57,189 bases of DNA. Origin: a bacterium (GTDB lineage Bacteria > Patescibacteriota > Saccharimonadia > Saccharimonadales > UBA4665). Where the stretch lies: positions 1 to 57,189 of the forward strand of contig JAJZNT010000022.1 in assembly GCA_021811685.1 (NCBI GenBank). The letters are read 5' to 3'. Below the pieces are notes generated by a model. The model ran no database searches, was not told where the DNA came from, and was given only the letters and a program-made list of their open reading frames with translations. Position numbers and translations under genes: made by a program. Shown piece after piece: positions 38,904-47,622 of this stretch; within the stretch, counting starts at the first letter, position 1; each line of letters opens with the position of its first letter.

Positions 38904-39275
38904 CTAACGAAGCAACACCACAGCCATATCATTAGAATATTTCTTAGATAAAGGTTCGTCCAAAGTGACTAGTCGGCTACAATTTTCTCGGACCGCACAA
39001 GCCACTTGAAAGGCGTCTTCAAAATCCTTGCCATTAAAACGTGCGAACGCCCATTGCGCATCAGCATCTACAATTGGAAGCCAGACGAAACTTCCTAGAA
39101 ACGCTTTGACAGGTTCCCAAGGTAACTTGTCTCTCTCGACAAAGTACATAACCAAGTCAAGCGTAAGAGTTGAAATAGCCTTGTCTTCATCACTATTAAG
39201 AAAATCTTCGCAAACGGTTGCTCGAGCACGTCTTAAAATCACTTCCAATAGCACGTTAGCGTCAACAAAGGTCAT
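38904..39275 (-). CDS. vapC: PIN-domain toxin
   Basis: FVDANVLLE, KDFEDAFQ, LVTLD; paralog of 38117..38497. Confidence 0.9.
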   Translation of the reverse strand: MTFVDANVLLEVILRRARATVCEDFLNSDEDKAISTLTLDLVMYFVERDKLPWEPVKAFLGSFVWLPIVDADAQWAFARFNGKDFEDAFQVACAVRENCSRLVTLDEPLSKKYSNDMAVVLLR

Positions 39276-39556
39276 TTGTTGTAATACTTTCTGTCTCGAA
39301 GCTCAGTAATTTGTTCTTTGATGCTACGCTTGTCATCTTTTACCGCATAGCTTGCGAGCGCATCGTGTAAACTCTGTAGGCTCCTGCGAATAGCCTCTGG
39401 TGAGCCACGTCGCAATGCTCCGTGAACGGGCTCCACTGGCTGCAAAACTCCAATAACACTGTGTCTGTAACTTAACTGGACAGACTTTCCTTGCCGTAAG
39501 TTACGAATGACTTGCTGCATATTTTCACGTAGTTGTTTAGTTGTTATAACGGTCAT
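39272..39556 (-). CDS. Phd/YefM-family antitoxin
   Basis: ITTKQLRENM..V...L..G.SV.L..RH; ATGA-coupled to the toxin. Confidence 0.8.
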   Translation of the reverse strand: MTVITTKQLRENMQQVIRNLRQGKSVQLSYRHSVIGVLQPVEPVHGALRRGSPEAIRRSLQSLHDALASYAVKDDKRSIKEQITELRDRKYYNK

Positions 39557-39561
39557 GCTCT

Positions 39562-39601
39562 AAGTTTAACTTATATGACTATTACTTGTCAAGTTAAACT
39601 T
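39562..39601 (-). promoter_or_regulatory. TA promoter bracketed by a perfect 11-bp inverted repeat
   Basis: AAGTTTAACTT (39562-72) / AAGTTAAACTT (39591-601); minus-strand TTGACA at 39592-39587. Confidence 0.7.
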
Positions 39602-39677
39602 GGCGGGCCCGACCGGATTCGAACCGGCGATCTCCTCCGTGACAGGGAGGCGTGATAGGCCTCTTCACTACGAGCCC
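39601..39677 (-). tRNA. tRNA-Asp(GTC)
   Basis: GGGCTCG...CCTCC CTGTCAC GGAGG...GGTTCGAATCCGGT CGGGCCC G CCA. Confidence 0.95.
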
Positions 39678-39730
39678 GCATAAACGACAGGGGTAATAAT
39701 ACCAGAACGAAGGCTGTATTAAAATACTCC

Positions 39731-39804
39731 TGGTGCGGGTGAGGGGAGTTGAACCCCTGTCTCAGCCTTGGGAAGGCCATATAATGCCGCTATACGACAC
39801 CCGC
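39731..39804 (-). tRNA. tRNA-Gly(CCC)
   Basis: GCGGGTG...GGCC TTCCCAA GGCT...GGTTCAACTCC...CACCCGC A CCA. Confidence 0.93.
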
Positions 39805-39880
39805 TGGAGCCACCTGTCGGGATTGAACCGACGACCTACACGTTACGAATGTGTCGCTCTACCGACTGAGCTAAGGTGGC
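39805..39880 (-). tRNA. tRNA-Thr(CGT)
   Basis: GCCACCT TAGCTCAG...ACACA TTCGTAA CGTGT...GGTTCAATCC...AGGTGGC T CCA; abuts tRNA-Gly. Confidence 0.94.
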
Positions 39881-39932
39881 ATCAAATTATCCGTAATTAT
39901 AGCAAAAGCTGTTACAATATACCCCAGTATAT

Positions 39933-40289
39933 ATGGCAACCACGAGGACTTATTTCCGAGATCATTTTGTTTTGTTTTTGCTCACAAGTAACGTTTTTCT
40001 GGCGTTATTTACGGCCATTTTTGTTTTTTTAAGACTATCTACTTCACACAATAGCAGTTATATAATTCAATATCGTTCTAACCTGGGAGTTAGCGCTTTT
40101 CAGACCGGAAGTATAAGCGAAATGATTAGTTTCGGGATCTTTGCATTGCTAATTTTAGCTATTAGCGTAGCGATTAGTGTTAGGGCGTATTCTATAAATC
40201 GGAATTTGTCCATTGGCGTATTATCGGCCGGAATCATCCTTACAATTTTAGACATTATTGTAAGCAATGCGCTATTAGCTTTGCACTAG
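39933..40289 (+). CDS. Hypothetical membrane protein (3 TM)
   Basis: 118 aa, three hydrophobic segments; coupled to the glycosyltransferase gene. Confidence 0.7.
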   Translation: MATTRTYFRDHFVLFLLTSNVFLALFTAIFVFLRLSTSHNSSYIIQYRSNLGVSAFQTGSISEMISFGIFALLILAISVAISVRAYSINRNLSIGVLSAGIILTILDIIVSNALLALH

Positions 40290-40294
40290 AGACA

Positions 40295-41926
40295 ATGAAA
40301 GATATTGAGATACCTTATGAGAAAGACCGCCACGGACATTACCGGCTATTTGAAATTTTACCAGGTGCTTTAAGCTGGTTACTACTATTGCTGCCCATCA
40401 TACTTAGCTTCATAAATATAACTGCTGCAGTAGTCTTCATCCTAGCCTACCTGTTGATTTACTTTGTCCGTTCTGTCGGCTTTAGTCTTGCCGGGTTTAA
40501 GGGCTATAGGATGATGAAAAGAGACATAAAGCTGGACTGGAGAGCTTTAATTGAAGACGTTGAGCGTAATGGCATAGTCGAAGGTGACGGAGTAAAACGG
40601 CCTCAGTGGCATATGAGAAATATTGAAAGAAAAAAAACCATATCGAATCCGTTTAAGCCATCTGAACTTATTCATGTTGCAATTATTGCCACCGTAAACG
40701 AGGGACGAGAAGTGCTAGAGCCTACCATCCGTTCAATTATTAACGGGCATCACGACAACTCTCGCCTCATTCTAATAATCGCTTATGAGGGCAGGGCGGG
40801 CGAGGAGACAGAGAAGCGTGTTCTTGACCTAGTAGATGATTATAAGAGTCAGTTTATGGACATGTTTGCGGTTAAACATCCCGCAAATACCCCGGGAGAA
40901 GTAATAGGCAAGGGGTCGAATATTACTTATGCCGGGCGACAACTTAAAACGTATCTGGAGTCTAAGAATATAGATCCCGAAACCGTCATTGTTACAACTC
41001 TAGATTCGGACAATCGTCCTGACGAACGTTATTTTTTGGCGGTTAGTTATGCGTTTTGTCTAGTGTCCGATCCTATACGGGCTTCCTACCAGCCTTTACC
41101 GATGTTTACTAACAACATATGGGATGCTCCGACAATGATGAGGGTGATTGCTACCGGAAACACGGTATTTTATATAGTGGGTACTACAAGGCCGCACAGG
41201 GTACGCAATTTCTCAGCCCATGCCCAGTCCATGAGGGCTTTAATAGACATGGACTTTTGGAGTGTTAGAACTATTGTTGAAGACGGGCACCATTTTTGGC
41301 GCAGCTACTTTCATTTTGACGGGGACTACCAGGTATATCCTTTAAGTATTCCTGTCTATCAGGATGCGGTTTTGGCCGAAGGCTATATTAAGACCATTAA
41401 AGCTCAATTTACTCAGCTTAGAAGATGGACTTACGGCGCTTCAGATGTCGCCTATGTGGCAGATAAAGGGTTTTTCAGGAAGAATTCTATTCCTAAAGCA
41501 GATCTAATAGGTAAGTTCTTCAATCTGTTAGAAGGGCATGTTACTTGGGCTACGGGTACCATTCTAGTTTTCGGTGCGGCATTCATTCCACCCCTAATCA
41601 GTCCGCAAAGCTTTGCAGCTAACGAGATACCATTGATAGTTAGTAGAATTCAAAGAGTAGGCTTGATAGGTCTATTGGCTACGGTTTATGTGTGCATGGT
41701 AACTTTGCCGCCTAGGCCCAGGCGTTACCGTCGACATCGTTCCGTTCTTATGGTGGTTCAGTGGGTATTAGCACCAGTTACGAGTATTGCCTTTGCTTCT
41801 TTAGCGGCTTTTAATTCTCAGACCAGGCTAATGTTTAAGCGTTATCTGAGTAAGTTTGATGTTACCGAGAAGGCGGTTGTAGTAGAAAAGGGTAAGGTTA
41901 TAAGCACTAGGCCTGATCCCAGTTAG
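40295..41926 (+). CDS. Membrane-bound processive family-2 glycosyltransferase
   Basis: GK..N, TTLDSD, VEDG, QLRRW motifs with flanking TM helices. Confidence 0.9.
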   Translation: MKDIEIPYEKDRHGHYRLFEILPGALSWLLLLLPIILSFINITAAVVFILAYLLIYFVRSVGFSLAGFKGYRMMKRDIKLDWRALIEDVERNGIVEGDGVKRPQWHMRNIERKKTISNPFKPSELIHVAIIATVNEGREVLEPTIRSIINGHHDNSRLILIIAYEGRAGEETEKRVLDLVDDYKSQFMDMFAVKHPANTPGEVIGKGSNITYAGRQLKTYLESKNIDPETVIVTTLDSDNRPDERYFLAVSYAFCLVSDPIRASYQPLPMFTNNIWDAPTMMRVIATGNTVFYIVGTTRPHRVRNFSAHAQSMRALIDMDFWSVRTIVEDGHHFWRSYFHFDGDYQVYPLSIPVYQDAVLAEGYIKTIKAQFTQLRRWTYGASDVAYVADKGFFRKNSIPKADLIGKFFNLLEGHVTWATGTILVFGAAFIPPLISPQSFAANEIPLIVSRIQRVGLIGLLATVYVCMVTLPPRPRRYRRHRSVLMVVQWVLAPVTSIAFASLAAFNSQTRLMFKRYLSKFDVTEKAVVVEKGKVISTRPDPS

Positions 41927-41940
41927 TCTAAGCACTCCAA

Positions 41941-42351
41941 TTAATTTGATTGATTATGAAAAGCGGCGTAGTGAGTGGCCGCTGCTTTATCGAAGTGGTT
42001 TAGGCTTTCAAGCACCGAGTCTATAATTTGCATTTGGTCCAAAAGGCCATCTTTTGCGACCTTAGATAATTTGGTTATTATCGTAGCGGCTATATACCTA
42101 GCATCAATTATCGGCGATTTTCTATGCTTCAGACTTTCATAAATACTTAAGAAAAGCTTTTCCTCCATAAATTCGCTAATCTCTCCCGATATGCTTTTCA
42201 CAGACCAGGCCTGATAAAGGTTAACGCTCTCGGTAGTGCTAAATATTGCTTTACATGTAGGGCATAGGCGCCTGCGCCATGTCTGGTTAGTTCTTTGTCT
42301 GGATCTAGAATTAATAACCTGGGTTTGAGATCCGCAATATATACAAACCAT
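41941..42351 (-). CDS. nrdR: NrdR-like transcriptional repressor
   Basis: CIYC...T.VINSR...RRRLCPTC...FSTTE zinc ribbon plus ATP-cone-like region. Confidence 0.85.
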   Translation of the reverse strand: MVCIYCGSQTQVINSRSRQRTNQTWRRRLCPTCKAIFSTTESVNLYQAWSVKSISGEISEFMEEKLFLSIYESLKHRKSPIIDARYIAATIITKLSKVAKDGLLDQMQIIDSVLESLNHFDKAAATHYAAFHNQSN

Positions 42352-42367
42352 GACAATATATTGTCAT
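42350..42367. promoter_or_regulatory. Palindrome resembling an NrdR box, overlapping the nrdR start
   Basis: Perfect palindrome ATGACAATATATTGTCAT; core CAATATATTG fits CWATATATWG. Confidence 0.55.
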
Positions 42368-42416
42368 AGCGCAATTAATATTGCCAGTGCATAACTGTAT
42401 TTAATTGTGTATATAT

Positions 42417-42446
42417 AAAAAGAGAACCGACAGTTTTCGGTTCTCT
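42417..42446 (-). terminator. Intrinsic terminator
   Basis: AGAGAACCGA-loop-TCGGTTCTCT followed by a T-run on the minus strand. Confidence 0.75.
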
Positions 42447-42587
42447 ACACTGTTTTTGTAATCTATTTACCTTGGTCGCCTGATGCGATTTGTTGGCTTA
42501 GATCCCAGGTCTTCGTAAAACAACTGAAAGGATCCGAGCACGCTTGCCTTGACGGTACTCAAAACTCCACTTTTGCTCCGTTTAACC
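42417..42587 (-). ncRNA. Candidate small RNA or sORF transcript
   Basis: TTGACA (42621-16) - 17 nt - TAACAT promoter, internal hairpins, terminator; no long ORF. Confidence 0.4.
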
Positions 42588-42684
42588 AGGAAATGTTACC
42601 TGATATAGTGGTTCATGTCAAGCGATTGAAGCTTTGGTATTTACAGATTGGGATGGTATAGTAACTAGGAATTCTGGATAAAAA

Positions 42685-42762
42685 GGGCGATTAGCTCAGT
42701 TGGCTAGAGCGCTCCCTTGACGTGGGAGAGGTTCATAGGTTCGAGTCCTATATCGCCCACCA
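42685..42762 (+). tRNA. tRNA-Val(GAC)
   Basis: GGGCGAT TAGCTCAG...CTCCC TTGACGT GGGAG...GGTTCGAGTCC...ATCGCCC A CCA; hairpin AGCTCCC/GGGAGCT follows. Confidence 0.95.
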
Positions 42763-42964
42763 AGCTCCCAAAAGGGAGCTGTATTTATAACTAAGGCGCG
42801 TTATGCTTAAGCCCATATTTGATATAAACAAAAAATACTTATCCACACCTATAAGTGTGCAAAATACAGCAAATATATGCTAGCCTAATAGTACTATCCT
42901 TGATATGATAGTCATCACAGGTGAGGTTTTGTCGAGATTGTTTTCTCCTCAAAACATTGAGCTG

Positions 42965-43003
42965 AGCGGTTGAATGAATTTGCGAGATCATTCAACCGCT
43001 TTT
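42965..43003 (+). terminator. Strong hairpin/terminator upstream of thrS
   Basis: AGCGGTTGAATGA / TCATTCAACCGCT 13-bp stem plus TTTT. Confidence 0.75.
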
Positions 43004-43035
43004 ATTTATTACTTGAAATTGTTACAGTTACAGAT

Positions 43036-44871
43036 ATGTCAGAGAAAGAAATTGTTGCATTCAGGCATAGTTTGGCGCACATATTAGCCGCGTCGATTCA
43101 AAAGTTATGGCCCCGGGCACAGTTCGGAGTTGGTCCTACCACCGAAGAAGGATTTTATTACGATGTTAAAATTCCGGATTATGCGTTGTCGGAAGACGAC
43201 CTTACTCGAATAGAAACCGAGATGCGCGGGATTATTAGAGAAGATGTTGCTTTTGAGCAATATGATCTGCCTATTAAGGAGGCCATAAAGTGGGCGGAGG
43301 ATAATGCTCAACCGTACAAAGCGGAACTGCTTAACGATCTAAAGCGATCCGGAACTACTAATGCGAAAGACCTTAAAGTTGAAGAGATGGGTCGGATTGC
43401 ATCCGGTGACTCAAAAGTCTCAAGCGTATCTTTCTATAAGAGTGGAGACTTTGTGGATCTCTGTAAGGGGCCGCACGTAGAATCAACCGGTAAAGTCGGT
43501 GCCTTTAAGCTGCTTAGAGTTAGTGGTGCATATTGGCGAGCAGACATACATAAGGATCAGCTGCAAAGGGTCTATGGTGTAGCATTTGCAACCGATAAAG
43601 AGTTAGAAGCATATCTAGAGGGATTAGAGAAAGCCCAGGAGAATGATCACCGCAAGCTCGGTCAGGAGTTAGACTTATTTGTTTTGTCGGATCTGGTGGG
43701 GCCAGGGCTGCCGCTGTTTACACCCAGGGGAACCGTTATAAGGAATCAGTTATTGGCCTTCTCCGAAGAGCTACAAGCAGCAGGGGGTTATGAGGCGGTT
43801 TGGGCTCCGCATATTACCAAAGTAGAGCTTTACAAGAAATCGGGCCATTATGAAAAATACCCTGAAAGGTTTGAGGTTAAAAGTATAGAGTCGGATGACG
43901 AATTCATGCTAAAACCAATGAACTGCCCCCATGTTACACAGATATTTGCTTCCCGCCCGCGCAGCTATCGGGACATGCCTCAGCGATATATGGAGACGAC
44001 TACCATGTATCGTGATGAAAAAAGCGGTGAACTCCATGGGCTATCAAGGGTTAGGTCGTTAACCCAAGACGACTCACATGCGTTTGTGCGCCCTGATCAG
44101 GTTGAGGATGAGTTCAGATCAATCATCGGTATGGTTAAGCAGATGTATCTAGTATTAGATATGCCATTACTGGTTGATCTTTCCTTCAGAGACGATAGCG
44201 ACCAGTACTTTGGAGATAGGGCGCTTTGGGATGATGCAGAGAAGACCATTGAACGCATTGCTAAGGAGGAAGACCTCAGCTACCAAGTAGTTAGAGGAGA
44301 GGCAGCTTTTTACGGACCGAAAATAGATATTCATGTTAAAGACGGGTTGGGTCGTAAGTGGCAGTGTGCAACTATTCAACTGGACTATGTTCAGCCAGAA
44401 CGGTTTGATCTTGCCTATATAGACAAAGACGGCTCGCAAAAACGTCCGGTAATGATCCATAAGGCTATACTTGGCTCAATCGAGAGGTTCTTGAGTGTGT
44501 ATATAGAGCATACTGGCGGAAGGTTCCCGATATGGCTGGCTCCCGAGCAGATACGGATAATTACCTTAAACCAGGATAAAGCCATAGAGGACTTCTCGAA
44601 TAAGCTAATAGAAGATGCAAGAAGCTTATCTCTAAGGGTTAGGCTTGATGATGATAATGAATCGGTAGGTAAGAGAATTCGTAGTGCTGAAATAATGAAA
44701 GTTCCTTATGTCCTAGTAATAGGGCCTAAGGAAGTAAACAGCGGAGATGTGCTGCCGCGGATACGTAGCGATATGGTGATTCAGGAGCGTAAGGACCCCT
44801 TATCTGTCAGCGAGTTCTTAAAAACCGTGGCAAATGAAGCAAAATCCAGAACTACGCACTCATCACTTTAA
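43036..44871 (+). CDS. thrS: Threonine--tRNA ligase
   Basis: RHSLAH, DLCKGPHV, DHRKLG, KPMNCP, GEAAFYGPKID, GSIERF. Confidence 0.98.
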   Translation: MSEKEIVAFRHSLAHILAASIQKLWPRAQFGVGPTTEEGFYYDVKIPDYALSEDDLTRIETEMRGIIREDVAFEQYDLPIKEAIKWAEDNAQPYKAELLNDLKRSGTTNAKDLKVEEMGRIASGDSKVSSVSFYKSGDFVDLCKGPHVESTGKVGAFKLLRVSGAYWRADIHKDQLQRVYGVAFATDKELEAYLEGLEKAQENDHRKLGQELDLFVLSDLVGPGLPLFTPRGTVIRNQLLAFSEELQAAGGYEAVWAPHITKVELYKKSGHYEKYPERFEVKSIESDDEFMLKPMNCPHVTQIFASRPRSYRDMPQRYMETTTMYRDEKSGELHGLSRVRSLTQDDSHAFVRPDQVEDEFRSIIGMVKQMYLVLDMPLLVDLSFRDDSDQYFGDRALWDDAEKTIERIAKEEDLSYQVVRGEAAFYGPKIDIHVKDGLGRKWQCATIQLDYVQPERFDLAYIDKDGSQKRPVMIHKAILGSIERFLSVYIEHTGGRFPIWLAPEQIRIITLNQDKAIEDFSNKLIEDARSLSLRVRLDDDNESVGKRIRSAEIMKVPYVLVIGPKEVNSGDVLPRIRSDMVIQERKDPLSVSEFLKTVANEAKSRTTHSSL

Positions 44872-45188
44872 TGTATGAACGAACGCTAAATTTTCGCAGC
44901 GAAGTAATCGCCTTGGTTAAATCGATTCCAAGAGGCAGGTTAATGACTTATGGCCAAATAGCAGCCCTAGCCGGCAGCCCAAGAGCCGCAAGGGTAGTCG
45001 GTGGAATTGCCCACTATGGCGATCCCGCTTTACCGTGGCAGAGAGTAGTTAACAAGAAGGGATATCTAGCTAGCGGTTATCCGGGAGGACGAAGAGGTCA
45101 TCTTGCTGCCTTAGAGAACGAAGGGATTAAAATTACCAATAACAGAGCGCCGATTGAAAGTTTAATATGGTGGCCAAAAACAAAATAA
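44871..45188 (+). CDS. Alkyltransferase-like (ATL/MGMT-family) DNA-binding protein
   Basis: IPRG...TYGQIA, ARVVG, PWQRVV (Trp in place of the catalytic Cys of PCHRV). Confidence 0.88.
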   Translation: MYERTLNFRSEVIALVKSIPRGRLMTYGQIAALAGSPRAARVVGGIAHYGDPALPWQRVVNKKGYLASGYPGGRRGHLAALENEGIKITNNRAPIESLIWWPKTK

Positions 45189-46069
45189 CTAAGCCGTTGC
45201 TTGCTATAGTCGGCACTACAGCGACCGGTAAAAGCCAGCTCGCTCTAAAGCTAGCGGCTAAGTTTAGTGGAGAAATAGTTAGTGCTGATTCATGGGTGGT
45301 TAGAAGGGGGCTGGATATAGGGACGGCGAAACCCTCGCTTAAAGATAGACAGACCGTGAGGCATCACATGATAGATATCATTGAACCTGATGATAACTTT
45401 TCAGCCGCAGAATATAAGAAAAGGGCAGCAGCTGCAATAGAAGGCATATACTCGAGAAATCATCTTCCGATAATTGTAGGCGGCAGCGGGCTATACGTTG
45501 ATTCCTTGCTCTTCGATTATAGTTTTTTGCCCGCTTCGGGACGCGGCGAAAGAGAAAGACTAAACGCTCTGCCGCTACAGGATCTGCAGCTGCTGGCTTT
45601 AGACGAGGAGCTGGATCTTGATTCAATTGATAAGAATAATAAGCGCCGAGTAATTAGGCTAATAGAGACTAATGGCGGCATAGCAACACGAACTAGTCTT
45701 AGAGACTCCACTTTAATAATTGGACTTAATCCGGAGAGAAAAGAGCTGACTAAGTCTATAACCAAACGCGTGGATCAAATGTTGGCGCAGGGGTTAGAGG
45801 GGGAGGTAAAGAACCTTAGTGAGGAATATGGTTGGGGTTGCGAAGCCCTTAAAGGTATTGGTTACCATGAGTGGCGCCTGTATTTCACGAGCAACCAGGA
45901 TCTAACTACAACACGGGAACGAATAATTAAAGATACCCTCGATTTAGCCAAGCGGCAACAAAGCTGGTTTAAAAGAAACAAAAGTATTCATTGGTTTACC
46001 ACCCCAGTTAATCTTTCACAAGTAGATGCTTTAATAACAACGTTCCTGAGTAAAAACGTTTCTGTTTGA
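45167..46069 (+). CDS. miaA: tRNA dimethylallyltransferase
   Basis: GTTATGKS, EIVSADS, DIGTAKP, GGSGLY, IGY.E, AKRQ.SWF. Confidence 0.96.
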   Translation: MVAKNKITKPLLAIVGTTATGKSQLALKLAAKFSGEIVSADSWVVRRGLDIGTAKPSLKDRQTVRHHMIDIIEPDDNFSAAEYKKRAAAAIEGIYSRNHLPIIVGGSGLYVDSLLFDYSFLPASGRGERERLNALPLQDLQLLALDEELDLDSIDKNNKRRVIRLIETNGGIATRTSLRDSTLIIGLNPERKELTKSITKRVDQMLAQGLEGEVKNLSEEYGWGCEALKGIGYHEWRLYFTSNQDLTTTRERIIKDTLDLAKRQQSWFKRNKSIHWFTTPVNLSQVDALITTFLSKNVSV

Positions 46070-46093
46070 TGAAGTGCTGTTACAATAATATCT

Positions 46094-46690
46094 ATGATCG
46101 AACAACTCTTTGGTTCCAAGACTAGGGTGAAGCTACTGAAGCTATTTTATGGTAACCCTAACCGGGCGTTTTACGTAAGGGAAATAACCCGAAAAATCGG
46201 GGAGCAGATAAATTCAGTAAGACGTGAGCTTTCTAATTTGCTTAACGTTGGTATCATAACTTCAGACAATACCAATAATAAACTCTACTATGAAGTTAAT
46301 CAGAAGTATGAGTATTACGACCCGTTACTGACGATCTTTGGAGGAAAAAGCAGTGCCGCCTCTAAGTCCAGCAATAAAGTTGGCACAGAAGAGGGAGTAG
46401 AAGAGGAATTTAAAGCGCTTGGACACGTCGAACTTGTAGTATTTAGCGGGCTGTTTACTAGTGATGCCAGTTCTCCAGTAGATGTGTTGATTGTCGGCAA
46501 CGTTAACAAAAATGCCGTAGATAAGTACATTGCCTCACTGGAAGAGGACGAGGGTAAGGACATTAACTACTCGGTCATGAAGCTTGATGATTTTATATAC
46601 AGGAGCCAAATAAGGGATCGGTTCGTGACTAAAATTCTAAACTCGAAAACCCATATATTGCTGGACAGGCAGGGTCTAATTAACGTCTAA
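46094..46690 (+). CDS. Winged-HTH regulator with nucleotidyltransferase-like C-domain
   Basis: LFGSKTRVKLL, YVREITR....INSVRREL; SG.F......VDVLIVG. Confidence 0.75.
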   Translation: MIEQLFGSKTRVKLLKLFYGNPNRAFYVREITRKIGEQINSVRRELSNLLNVGIITSDNTNNKLYYEVNQKYEYYDPLLTIFGGKSSAASKSSNKVGTEEGVEEEFKALGHVELVVFSGLFTSDASSPVDVLIVGNVNKNAVDKYIASLEEDEGKDINYSVMKLDDFIYRSQIRDRFVTKILNSKTHILLDRQGLINV

Positions 46691-46710
46691 GCGAAAGTGA
46701 GAGAAAGATT

Positions 46711-47340
46711 ATGGATATACAGTTCTATGGAGCCAATTGTCTAAGCCTAAGCTATAAGACTACCAGAATAGTGCTTGACGACAACCTTAAGCAGCTAGGA
46801 AAAAAGAATATTCTAAGGAACGGAGATGTTGCTCTATATACTACGTCATCAGTCGGAATAACAGATGTAGAGCCTCGATTAATTATAGATAGTCCTGGCG
46901 AATATGAAGTGTCAGATATATCGATTAACGGTATTGAGGCGCGGGCGCATACAGATGAATCGGGCACAAATCAAGCAGTTATGTACAAGATTTCAGTAGC
47001 TGATATTAACTTATTAATTACCGGACATATATTTCCTGAGCTTAATGATAATCAGCTTGAAGCAGTTGGGATGATTGATGTGTTAGTAATTCCGGTCGGC
47101 GGACACGGCTATACGCTAGATCCAAAGGGCGCACTAACAATAATTAAAGAGCTTGAGCCGAAATTGATTATCCCGACACACTATGACGATAAAAGCCTTA
47201 AATTCCCAGTTCCGCAGATGTCATTAGCAGAAGCTCTAAGCGAGCTAGGCATGGAACCAAGGGAGCCTCTAAGCAAACTACGACTCAAAGCTGCCGACCT
47301 TAGCGAGGTTACTCAACTGGTCGTACTAAAGTCAGATTAA
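46711..47340 (+). CDS. Metallo-beta-lactamase-fold protein (degenerate metal site)
   Basis: IDSPGEYEV, IDVLVIPVGG, EPKLIIPTHY. Confidence 0.8.
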   Translation: MDIQFYGANCLSLSYKTTRIVLDDNLKQLGKKNILRNGDVALYTTSSVGITDVEPRLIIDSPGEYEVSDISINGIEARAHTDESGTNQAVMYKISVADINLLITGHIFPELNDNQLEAVGMIDVLVIPVGGHGYTLDPKGALTIIKELEPKLIIPTHYDDKSLKFPVPQMSLAEALSELGMEPREPLSKLRLKAADLSEVTQLVVLKSD

Positions 47341-47531
47341 GAATTTATCAGGTTTTTCTTTTTGAGCGTTCTGATTGCCTGAGTGCTCAACTTCATAGTA
47401 GTTTTTTTGCCATCAATAACAACCGTCTTGGTTTGCAGGTTAGGCTTCCAGACTCTTTTAGTGTGTCGCTGGGAAATACTTACATTATTTCCGTATTGTT
47501 TGCTCTTACCGGTCAAATCGCATTTCTGCAT
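47337..47531 (-). CDS. rpmB: 50S ribosomal protein L28
   Basis: CDLTGK....GNNVS.S...TKR.WKPNLQ. Confidence 0.96.
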   Translation of the reverse strand: MQKCDLTGKSKQYGNNVSISQRHTKRVWKPNLQTKTVVIDGKKTTMKLSTQAIRTLKKKNLINS

Positions 47532-47622
47532 AATTTATTCCTCAAATTCAACGGTCATTCTACCTTAAAGTCGGACCGATAGTCAATCTGAAAATTATAG
47601 TTCTTAAGGTATACTAAAAAAC

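Noticed and set aside
39589..40032. ORFs 39589..39780 and 39733..40032
   Set aside because: They overlap tRNA-Asp/Gly/Thr genes and are spurious.
42417..42587. tmRNA or SRP RNA identity for the orphan transcript
   Set aside because: No tRNA-like GGGG/CCA ends or Ala-ending tag, and no clear SRP CAGG...GGAA...AGCAG motif.
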